Of a stretch of 44,293 bases of DNA, positions 27,993-36,071 are shown one piece after another. The number at the start of each line of letters is the position of its first letter. Position 1 is the stretch's first letter. The position numbers were made by a program, and so were the translations under genes. The notes beneath the pieces are model-generated. The model had not been told where the DNA came from. It ran no database searches and saw nothing but the letters and a program-made list of their open reading frames with translations. The DNA is from Promethearchaeota archaeon (GTDB taxonomy: Archaea > Asgardarchaeota > Lokiarchaeia > Sigyniarchaeales > SOKP01), in NCBI GenBank assembly GCA_048941285.1, contig JBHLNS010000028.1, positions 1 to 44,293 of the forward strand, written 5' to 3'.

Positions 27993-28151
27993 ATGTCGGA
28001 AAAAAAAAGTTTTAAATCAGAAATTAGAAATCTTGCGAAAGATAATGAAAAGATTTTATATGGGGAGAATAAATCAGTTTGCTTTGCCTGTGGAGAAGAA
28101 ATTGATAAAAATGCTGAAATATGCCCATATTGTAAAACAACTTTGAAATAA
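27993..28151 (+). CDS. Small zinc-ribbon protein (52 aa), missed by the ORF track
   Basis: MSEKKSFKSEIRNLAKDNEKILYGENKSVCFACGEEIDKNAEICPYCKTTLK*; CxxC-x10-CxxC, with AAGGT upstream. Confidence 0.75.
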   Translation: MSEKKSFKSEIRNLAKDNEKILYGENKSVCFACGEEIDKNAEICPYCKTTLK

Positions 28152-28223
28152 TTATATTCACATCCCTTAAAGTTAAAGCAATATTATAATTTATATCAAA
28201 AAATTATAATAAAAGGCGTTAAT

Positions 28224-28721
28224 GTGAAAATTAGTGAAGAAAGTGTTAAAAAAAGAAGTTATATCGGTGTTTGGATTCTTATCTTTCTTGTAATAACTAC
28301 CCTTAGTTTTATTTTATCTTTATTAATCAATCCAATTTGGTGGATCTTAATTCCTTTGTCAATATTCTTTATTTCTATATTTCAATTAATCTCACGGTAT
28401 TTCTGGTTAGAGAAGAATAACTGTCCAAGTTGTAACACTCCAATAAGTAAATATGCAGAATTCTGTAAAAATTGTGGTCTTAAATTATGGTTTAAATGTC
28501 TTTCATGCGGGAAATATCTTAGAGTAAATACTAAATTTTGTGAGAATTGTAATAGGGAACTTAAACATACAGATGAGGAAATAAGAACTTTCAGAAAGGA
28601 ACCAACAAAAAAAGATTCTTATTTCCCAAAAATGCCAAATTTTTGTTCTAATTGTGGTAAAGAAGTGAAAAAGAAAGGAAATATTAAATTTTGTGAAGAG
28701 TGTGGAGAGAAATTAGATTAG
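28224..28721 (+). CDS. Membrane protein with multiple zinc ribbons (DZR-type)
   Basis: Two N-terminal TM helices followed by six CxxC motifs. Confidence 0.75.
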   Translation: MKISEESVKKRSYIGVWILIFLVITTLSFILSLLINPIWWILIPLSIFFISIFQLISRYFWLEKNNCPSCNTPISKYAEFCKNCGLKLWFKCLSCGKYLRVNTKFCENCNRELKHTDEEIRTFRKEPTKKDSYFPKMPNFCSNCGKEVKKKGNIKFCEECGEKLD

Positions 28722-28725
28722 TTTT

Positions 28726-29304
28726 TTAATTATTTGATTTATCTTGATTTTTAAAAGTAATTAGAACTGATAAAAAAAACCACAATAATGCATAAATAGC
28801 AACATTTCTGATATAAATTATTATATCTTCGTTATAATAAGCTAAATTTAAAAAATATACCGAAAACAGCCAAGATATATTAACCATAATAATAGGTAAT
28901 GCATATTTTTGAGAGAATATCTCCCTTTTCTTCCAAATCAAATAAATATCGACTATGACTGGAACTATATGGATATAATCATAATATAGGAAAAGGAAAA
29001 AGAATTCATAGAAAATGATTATTCCAAGAGGTATAATTGAGTAGATTAAGAAATTATTTATATATGGATTATCACGGTAAATAAACCATGCCAGTGAGAG
29101 TGAAAAATACCATTGGCTTATTGTGAAAATCACTAAATTAGTGTCAGGATCTCCGTGTTGTCTAATACCGTAAAGAAAAGTGTCTAAAGGTTGCCAAGAA
29201 AAAGGGATTAAAAATTGGAATAACAGAGAAATAAAGGTAGCAATAGAGATCTGCAAAACTGTTATAACAGGTAAATCAAGCTTTTTAAAACTAATTCTCG
29301 TCAT
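28726..29304 (-). CDS. Hypothetical integral membrane protein
   Basis: About 6 hydrophobic segments. Confidence 0.6.
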   Translation of the reverse strand: MTRISFKKLDLPVITVLQISIATFISLLFQFLIPFSWQPLDTFLYGIRQHGDPDTNLVIFTISQWYFSLSLAWFIYRDNPYINNFLIYSIIPLGIIIFYEFFFLFLYYDYIHIVPVIVDIYLIWKKREIFSQKYALPIIMVNISWLFSVYFLNLAYYNEDIIIYIRNVAIYALLWFFLSVLITFKNQDKSNN

Positions 29305-29506
29305 TTGAATTTTTTCAAAAAAATTTAATATTTTCTAAAATGATGCCAGCTTTATGATTCTTAACAACTCTAAAATCCCTAAAAAAAAATATTAATGATA
29401 AATACAGAATTTCTCTACTGAAGAATGAAATTAGAATGGGTTTTCTATAAAAATTTTATAAATAATTGTACTATTATCTTCTCAAAAAACTAAATATAAG
29501 GTTAAA

Positions 29507-30172
29507 ATGAAGGATATTGGAAAAAAGCTTCTACTTTTCATATTTGTTTACATCATTTATCAGAACATATTCTACATAATTCTTGTACCAGAGATATACT
29601 CGATTCCTATTTATGTTGTATATTTACTTACTGCCTATATGTTTACTCTAGCAGATACTCTAATACGTTCCATTCCAGAGGAAAAACACGCTTCAAAAAT
29701 TTTTGATATTTTATTATTATCCATGCTTTTATTATCTCCATTCTTCCTAATAGGGGCGTTTCTTGAGAACACATTGCTTATATCACAAATTTTCCCTTTC
29801 TGGAATAACATAATTATCAGTTATTTAGGATTTATTCTATATATTACTGGTGCTCTACTTATATTCGTAGCAAGGACACAATTGGGACGATTTGGAAGTG
29901 CGGAATTAAGCACCGAAGAGGATCATCAACTCTTTACCCAAGGGATATATAAATACATTAGAAATCCCATGTATTCTGGCGGTTTAATAGCAACTGTTGG
30001 ATTCTGTCTTGTTTTCAGATGTATCATTACGCTTATTATTATATTTATATATACTTTTTTAGTTTACAGAATGCGCATAATTGAAGAAGAAAAAATCTTA
30101 CTAAACAAATTTGGCAAAGATTATGAAGAATATAAAAAAAAAACTAAAAAACTAATTCCATTTCTTTATTAA
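29507..30172 (+). CDS. Isoprenylcysteine carboxyl methyltransferase (ICMT/PEMT)-family membrane protein
   Basis: HQLFTQGIYKYIRNPMY, RIIEEE..L..FG..Y.EY. Confidence 0.85.
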   Translation: MKDIGKKLLLFIFVYIIYQNIFYIILVPEIYSIPIYVVYLLTAYMFTLADTLIRSIPEEKHASKIFDILLLSMLLLSPFFLIGAFLENTLLISQIFPFWNNIIISYLGFILYITGALLIFVARTQLGRFGSAELSTEEDHQLFTQGIYKYIRNPMYSGGLIATVGFCLVFRCIITLIIIFIYTFLVYRMRIIEEEKILLNKFGKDYEEYKKKTKKLIPFLY

Positions 30173-30191
30173 AGAAATTCAATTCAGAACT

Positions 30192-30232
30192 GATAAATTC
30201 AGCGTCTGATTTCAATGATAATTACTTTGAAA
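30192..30232 (+). repeat. Intergenic 41-bp repeat, copy R1
   Basis: GATAAATTCAGCGTCTGATTTCAATGATAATTACTTTGAAA; aligns without gaps to R2-R5. Confidence 0.85.
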
Positions 30233-30382
30233 AAAAAAAAAAAGAAAAATCTTATGATTCGATTTTAGGATTCCCATAGTTTTTTGTTGAGAATGATTGC
30301 ACATGTGAAAGAATGCCAAGTAGTCAGAATCGATAAATCTATCAAAATAACTTATTACTAAATTATTAATTTAATCAGCATT

Positions 30383-31057
30383 TCATTTTTGCTTAGTCCT
30401 TATAACTATTTCCTTATAAAACTCTTTTATCTTAGTTTTTAAACTTTCATTAAATTTTTTAATATCTGAACGATCTTTTTCTGGAAATTTATTAATCTCC
30501 TTCATATATAGAGCTTTAAAAAGCCCTTCTGTGTTTTTTAAACGTGCAGCAAAATCCGTACAAATTTCCCTTATATCCTCTTCTAATAGCTGATTTGTTG
30601 TTATATCTAAATTTACGCTTATCATGAGCATTTCTTTGTTTCCACGAGCCCATTCTGAAGGAATTTCAAAATAATAATTCAAGGATGATGGTACAGTGCT
30701 TGACCGATGGACAAAGAAACCTTCTTTAAATACTTGATCCATTATATTTGTAATTTGAATAGATAATTCTTCGTCAAGACTACCCTCGGGATGTGCATAG
30801 AAAACGAGAGGACCTTTTCTTCGAGCAAAATAAATTAATGCTATAGTAGTTTCAGTAGCGATTTTAATTTCTGGAATTAAAATAAGAGTATATACTATTT
30901 CGGGATCTAAGAGTTCATCATCAATATAGGTCTTACTTATTGGAAATTTCGCCCCATTCTTATGTACTTTTAAAGATTGACGTCGCAGACCTATACCACC
31001 AAATTTTTGAGCAACTGAAATTATTTCCTTTCTATCTTTTTCAGACATCACTTTCAT
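30383..31057 (-). CDS. Longin/uDENN-like domain protein
   Basis: IALIYF.RRKGP.VF and NYYFEIPSEWARGNKEMLMISV recall the F-x4-GP and ARG motifs of uDENN/longin domains. Confidence 0.55.
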   Translation of the reverse strand: MKVMSEKDRKEIISVAQKFGGIGLRRQSLKVHKNGAKFPISKTYIDDELLDPEIVYTLILIPEIKIATETTIALIYFARRKGPLVFYAHPEGSLDEELSIQITNIMDQVFKEGFFVHRSSTVPSSLNYYFEIPSEWARGNKEMLMISVNLDITTNQLLEEDIREICTDFAARLKNTEGLFKALYMKEINKFPEKDRSDIKKFNESLKTKIKEFYKEIVIRTKQK

Positions 31058-31312
31058 TATTGAACACTTTTATGTTATATAATTAAACATAAATATTTAT
31101 AGTTTTTGTTTTCTTTTTGATTCATATATTGAACAATTTGATGAACAGATATAAATAATAACATTTGCAGAATATCAATTAACAAAATTCGAAATGATTA
31201 ATGTTTGAGTACGCAATTTTATGCGTATTTTATTTTGTCTGACTTCAAATTATATTTATTTGTCTTTTTCAATATTTTGAAACCGCAAGGTTAAAACTTT
31301 TTTAAATTTTGT

Positions 31313-31382
31313 CCCAATCTCATGTGATATTGGAATGGAAAGGTAAATTCAGAGTCATATCTCATTGGAAATTCCTTTGAGA
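31313..31382 (+). repeat. Intergenic repeat, copy R2 (extended form)
   Basis: CCCAATCTCATGTGATATTGGAATGGAAA followed by core GGTAAATTCAGAGTCATATCTCATTGGAAATTCCTTTGAGA (31342-31382). Confidence 0.85.
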
Positions 31383-31419
31383 GAATTTGATAAAATTTAT
31401 CAAAGATCTCAAAATTGCT

Positions 31420-32208
31420 TCAACTTTTCTTTTCCTTTATTACTTCCTTAAGTACGAATATCCCACCAACAATAATTAATAAGTAGGGAATGCTTAATAT
31501 AAAAAATACTATTAGCATTGCTAAATCACCATAATTAGCTATTAAAAGGGTTACAAAAAAGGCAAAATATCCAAAGTAACGTAATCCAACAAATAGTAAA
31601 ATTATAAGTGTTATTCCTGAAATTAGACAAATAATACTTCCAATAAATAGATATTTTTTCAATATCAACGCAATAATTGCTAAAATTATAGTAACCAGAC
31701 TGATAAAGAACAATATAATAATAAATATACTGAAAATATTCAAGATTCCATCCACAACTCCTATTAATATGCCTAAAAATCCCCCAAGCAGACAGAACGC
31801 AAATCCAGATCCAATATTCTCTTTTTCCGCTACTATCTCTTTTCTATCTTCAGGAAGCTCTGTTTTTCTTGTTAGATAAATACCATATATACTACCACCT
31901 ATAATTAAAAAGAATGGGAGTCCATAGAAGGGAAATATAGACATAATTACAAGTATAATTCCTGAGATTAAGCAAATAATATTTCCGGCTCTTAGATTTT
32001 TTAATTGTATAATCGCTCCAAGGACGGGTACCAGACTAGCTCCTGCAATATAATAACCATGCAAGCTATGACCCCCCCAGTAATAAAACATAGGCTGATA
32101 CGCGAGACCCATAATTATACCCACTACTGCACCTATTATACATAAAGTTGGAGGTACTGATTTATGTGGCAATTTTTCAGGTTTCTCTTTAATTCTAGAA
32201 GAATTCAT
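31420..32208 (-). CDS. Hypothetical membrane protein with internal duplication
   Basis: Two halves: LCIIGA..G.IICLISGI..LIIGG and FCLLGG..GSIICLISGI..LIIVGG. Confidence 0.7.
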   Translation of the reverse strand: MNSSRIKEKPEKLPHKSVPPTLCIIGAVVGIIMGLAYQPMFYYWGGHSLHGYYIAGASLVPVLGAIIQLKNLRAGNIICLISGIILVIMSIFPFYGLPFFLIIGGSIYGIYLTRKTELPEDRKEIVAEKENIGSGFAFCLLGGFLGILIGVVDGILNIFSIFIIILFFISLVTIILAIIALILKKYLFIGSIICLISGITLIILLFVGLRYFGYFAFFVTLLIANYGDLAMLIVFFILSIPYLLIIVGGIFVLKEVIKEKKS

Positions 32209-32329
32209 TTTGAATTCGCCAAAAAAGTATAATTATTGATAAATTCCAGATTCTTTTTAAGTTTTTACTAGGGATGGAGTATGTTCTTGAACATTATTTT
32301 TATATTTCGTTTTATCTTTTTCACGATAG

Positions 32330-32370
32330 GATAAATTCAGAGTCTGATTTTAATGAAAATTCCTTTGAAA
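32330..32370 (+). repeat. Intergenic 41-bp repeat, copy R3
   Basis: GATAAATTCAGAGTCTGATTTTAATGAAAATTCCTTTGAAA. Confidence 0.85.
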
Positions 32371-32504
32371 TACATTGAGACGAGTAGGAAGGAGTATGTT
32401 TTTGAGCTTAGATTTAGTTTTTATTTTTTAATTAGTATCTTAAGCATATTAAAGGAATATTAAAAATAATATCATCATTCTAAGAAAAAGGGAGTTTGAA
32501 TATT

Positions 32505-33317
32505 TTAATCATTTTTTAAAAAGCTTATAATTAGTTGGCTTATTAGTTTAGGCTTCTCCATGAGAACTAAATGTGTTCCACCTGGAATAACTTCAAGTCG
32601 CGCATTAGGTATTGCCTTAGTCATTTCTTGCATAACTTCTAATGGATAAAGTTGTTCTTTTTCTCCATCGATAATAAGTGAAGGGCTTTCTATGTTTTTC
32701 AATTGGTCTAACGTGAAGTTTGGTTCTCGCTTAGCCATATCCATTTCTTTTTCGATTAACTTTAACCAATTATCGGGATCAGACGCTACTTTTTCATATG
32801 CTCTCCTAATAAATTTATATTCTTTAGGTAAATTATTAGGATCCACATTACTAAAACTTTCAAAGATTTCTGGATAGAAATTAGATATATTATATGGAGT
32901 ACCACATAGCACTAACTTATTTACTAATTCGGGATACTCTAGACCAAGAACTAAGGAAGTACAACCCCCATCACTCCAACCAACGAAACTAGCTTTTTTT
33001 ATATCCAATTTTTCCATCAGTTGAGAGATATCTGAAGCAAAGAGCTGATAACTTAGAGGTTTGTCTGAATCAGTTGTCCTCCCATGTGCTCGAGTGTCTG
33101 GAGCGATTATCCGAAAATGTTTTGCTAATTCTTTGATTTGGAAAAACCAACTAGTATAATCCACCATACCACCGTGTAATAAAAAAACGGGCTCTCCAGT
33201 ACCAAACGTGGCATAATACATTTTAATATCTCCAATATCGACATAATCTTCAACAATGTTTTTTTTTTTCCAAGCATTAAATTTAGCCTTACCTATCAAC
33301 ATTTTGAATACTATCAT
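32505..33317 (-). CDS. Alpha/beta-fold hydrolase
   Basis: LLHGG, PDTRAHGRT, GWSDGG nucleophile elbow, C-terminal GTH. Confidence 0.9.
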   Translation of the reverse strand: MIVFKMLIGKAKFNAWKKKNIVEDYVDIGDIKMYYATFGTGEPVFLLHGGMVDYTSWFFQIKELAKHFRIIAPDTRAHGRTTDSDKPLSYQLFASDISQLMEKLDIKKASFVGWSDGGCTSLVLGLEYPELVNKLVLCGTPYNISNFYPEIFESFSNVDPNNLPKEYKFIRRAYEKVASDPDNWLKLIEKEMDMAKREPNFTLDQLKNIESPSLIIDGEKEQLYPLEVMQEMTKAIPNARLEVIPGGTHLVLMEKPKLISQLIISFLKND

Positions 33318-33508
33318 CGTATATACCTCTATGTTTTTTTTATTTGTAATTGAATAAGGATTCTAATAAAGTTTGCTGTTCATTAAAAATTAAATTGAAA
33401 CCAATTTATACTCTTATTTTCACCTATTTTTTAGGACTTTTTTATCAATTCCTGCAGATATTATGATACCATTTTTTTCTGCTTTTGAGGAAACATATTA
33501 ATTTTACA

Positions 33509-33554
33509 GGAAAGGTAAATTCAGCGTCTGATTTCAATGAAAATTCCTTTCAAA
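33509..33554 (+). repeat. Intergenic repeat, copy R4
   Basis: GGAAA followed by GGTAAATTCAGCGTCTGATTTCAATGAAAATTCCTTTCAAA; terminal GAAAGG/CCTTTC inverted repeat. Confidence 0.85.
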
Positions 33555-33681
33555 AATCCTAAAAAAATTATATAAGTAAACTGTACTTCTTTTTAGATGA
33601 CGTTGATTCAGTTAAAAATTTTATACATTATCAGCAAAAAGACACAAAAGTAAAAAGAAAAGTTAAAAAGAATCATTAAAT

Positions 33682-33730
33682 TTGACTATCATACATGAAT
33701 GCATAGTCAATTAAATTCATAGTATGAATT
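33682..33730. promoter_or_regulatory. Two adjacent perfect palindromes upstream of the PNPOx-like gene (putative operators)
   Basis: TTGACTAT (33682-33689)-N13-ATAGTCAA (33703-33710) and AATTCATA-G-TATGAATT (33714-33730). Confidence 0.45.
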
Positions 33731-33746
33731 CAAACTGGGATATATA

Positions 33747-34256
33747 ATGGCTAAACAAAAATTTGATTTTCATTTTATTAAAAATATAATAAGAAAGAAA
33801 ACATTTGGTATTTTAACTACCTTAAATAACGACGGAAGTCCTCATACATCTGGAATTATCTACGGTGTTTCTAATAAAGATGATAAATTTGCATTGTATC
33901 TTTTGACTTATAAAAAAAACAAAAAAGTAAGAAATATTCAGAGGGATCCTAAAGTTTCTTTTGTTATACCATTTCCACATCATATCCTGCGTTTTATTCC
34001 TTCGAGTGCAATTACAATTAATGGTACTGCAAAAATATATCCCGTCAATACGAAGGAAATCATACAGGTGTTTGAAGAAAAAAAGATGCTAAGAATGCTT
34101 ATTGCTGATATTGACTTTGAGAATGACACAGAGTATATATTTATTAAGATTGAACCAAAATCTAAGATTTTTTGTTATGGAGTTGGATTTAGTATTTGGA
34201 AACTAAGAAGCTCTCACACAACTGGAGGATATACTGTAACTATACCTGACGAGTGA
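33747..34256 (+). CDS. Pyridoxamine 5'-phosphate oxidase-like split-barrel protein
   Basis: LTTLNNDGSPHTS, KVRNIQRDPKVSF. Confidence 0.85.
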   Translation: MAKQKFDFHFIKNIIRKKTFGILTTLNNDGSPHTSGIIYGVSNKDDKFALYLLTYKKNKKVRNIQRDPKVSFVIPFPHHILRFIPSSAITINGTAKIYPVNTKEIIQVFEEKKMLRMLIADIDFENDTEYIFIKIEPKSKIFCYGVGFSIWKLRSSHTTGGYTVTIPDE

Positions 34257-34294
34257 TGAACATTCGACTATTTTAAATCTCTTATATAACACTG

Positions 34295-34402
34295 TCAGAA
34301 TAAAAAAAATGAAAATAGAAAAACAAAATAAGATAAAAGAATAAGAGATAAAACTTTTTTGTTTGGTAATAAGATTATTGCGTTATTATCTTCGATTGAC
34401 AT
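34295..34402 (-). CDS. Possible 35-aa hydrophobic small protein or gene remnant
   Basis: GGAGGGAG SD upstream of the ATG; MSIEDNNAIILLPNKKVLSLILLSYFVFLFSFFLF*. Confidence 0.25.
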   Translation of the reverse strand: MSIEDNNAIILLPNKKVLSLILLSYFVFLFSFFLF

Positions 34403-34508
34403 TTTTTCTCCCTCCATAATATGCTCTACAATGAAATCAATTTAATTTTTATGTTTTAAATATCTAGGAATTTTTTGATCTCATTCATTATCTTTTCTCT
34501 TTTAATTA

Positions 34509-34578
34509 CCCAATTTCCTGTGAAAATTGGATGGAAAGGTAAATTCAGAGTCGGATTTCCATGAATTTGTGCTTGAAA
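34509..34578 (+). repeat. Intergenic repeat, copy R5 (extended form)
   Basis: CCCAATTTCCTGTGAAAATTGGATGGAAA followed by core GGTAAATTCAGAGTCGGATTTCCATGAATTTGTGCTTGAAA (34538-34578). Confidence 0.8.
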
Positions 34579-34748
34579 AAACTTACCAAAAAGAATGAAC
34601 TCAAAAAAAAATGTATATAAGGAAAATTAACCCTATTTTAAATCACTAGCTAAATTTTTTCCTAATATAGCGAAATTAATATAAATTCCATTGAAAAATT
34701 AACAATCCTAATAGTTATTTACATTAAAAAAAAAGTTGTGAGTTAAAC

Positions 34749-35495
34749 GTGGTAAAATTTTATCATTGTGAGAATTGTAAAAAAGTTTATAAAACTGAAA
34801 GCTGGATAGGTGAAGTACATGCATATAACGGAGTTTGTCCTTCATGTTTTGCAGAAGAACAAGAAGAAAATCAAATACACCAAGAAAGTGTAGAGGATCT
34901 AAAATTTAATACATATGGTACTGAACTAATTAAAACAAATGAAATTGATTTTGAAAACATTCAGTCTTCTCCAATAGAAATTGAGAAAAATCTACTCTTA
35001 AGTTTAGAAAAGAAAGCTAACGAGGTTTTATATGGTAAAGGATCAATAGATGTTCTAATTAAGGAAATTAAAGATGAGCTTATAGATAAGGCAAAGCAAA
35101 GGATTGAAGAAACAATTCAAAGTTTTGATGTGAGTAAAATTGAAGCTCAAAAAGTTATGAATTATACCGAAAAGACTTTTGATTATTTAAGTGAATATAA
35201 AGATTATATGGAAAATGTGGTTAAAAAACTATGGGATAAACCAAAAATGAAGGTAAAAACGGCGCTAGAGAAAGTCTATAAAGAAGCAATGGAAAATATG
35301 ACCAAGGACGTTGCAAAGGATGTCATCCTTAATAAAAAGACAACATTAAAAACTGTGTTTGGAAAGGCAGTAAAATGGTATAATATTTATTCAGATACAG
35401 AAAATGTCAATGAACTTGCAAAAAAAATGTTTTTACACCCCTTTATTGAGATCCAAAAGAAACTCTACACTCTTCCATTCTACTCTTCCACGTAA
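34749..35495 (+). CDS. Hypothetical protein with N-terminal zinc finger and helical body
   Basis: CENC...CPSC; GTG start. Confidence 0.6.
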   Translation: MVKFYHCENCKKVYKTESWIGEVHAYNGVCPSCFAEEQEENQIHQESVEDLKFNTYGTELIKTNEIDFENIQSSPIEIEKNLLLSLEKKANEVLYGKGSIDVLIKEIKDELIDKAKQRIEETIQSFDVSKIEAQKVMNYTEKTFDYLSEYKDYMENVVKKLWDKPKMKVKTALEKVYKEAMENMTKDVAKDVILNKKTTLKTVFGKAVKWYNIYSDTENVNELAKKMFLHPFIEIQKKLYTLPFYSST

Positions 35496-35592
35496 TTAGG
35501 GTTTCTATTTTTAATTTTTAAAGGTTGTGAATTAAAAATAATTAGAAAAACATATAAATTCCATACATTCTTTTATAAATTAACTACTCTAA

Positions 35593-35725
35593 GGGGACTT
35601 GGTGTAGCCCGGTGGCACAGCAGGCTCCAGATCCTACAAGCAAAAGCTGTTCCGTGGACACCTGTCGGTCGAGGGTTCAAATTGAAGCTTAAACTCTAAG
35701 CTTTCCGAGATTCCCTCAGTCCCCA
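35593..35725 (+). tRNA. trnW: tRNA-Trp(CCA) with two introns (anticodon loop about 35631-35659; T-loop about 35682-35711)
   Basis: Acceptor GGGGACT/AGTCCCC, D stem GTGT/GCAC, anticodon stem GCAGG/CCTGT with CCA at 35627-35629, T stem GAGGG/CCCTC with TTCAAAT loop. Removing 29+30 nt gives a 74-nt cloverleaf; CCA end not encoded. Confidence 0.9.
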
Positions 35726-35736
35726 CATTTCTTTCA

Positions 35737-36039
35737 ATTGATATTGATATTTTTGGAGATGCTAATGATGAAGATATCGGTGCAATTAAATATTGTGAAA
35801 GTCATTTTAAAGATTTAAAGAAAATCATTGAATTAGAGACAAAGAATAAATTAAATCAAATAATTCAAAGATATTTAATTATAAGAAAATTTAAAATTCT
35901 TTGTTGGTGTGTTGAACCTGAAAATGAAACTGAGAATTATGGGATTTCAATTGGGTTTAAGAAAAATGATATCTTATTTTCAATTTTAATAGCAGAAAAA
36001 GATTTTCTTTTTGATGAATTTAAACAACAAATGCAATAA
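35737..36039 (+). pseudogene. Headless 100-codon open frame abutting the tRNA 3' end
   Basis: IDIDIFGDANDEDIGAIKYCESHFKDLKK...EFKQQMQ*; stop-free in very AT-rich DNA, with no standard start and no room for a promoter. Confidence 0.5.
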
Positions 36040-36071
36040 ATAATTGTATTTATTTATCCAAAATCAACAAT

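Noticed and set aside
30192-34578. CRISPR array or classical integron attC interpretation of the repeats
   Set aside because: Spacers are about 1-kb gene-containing segments, the repeats are degenerate, no cas or intI is present, and attC core motifs are absent.
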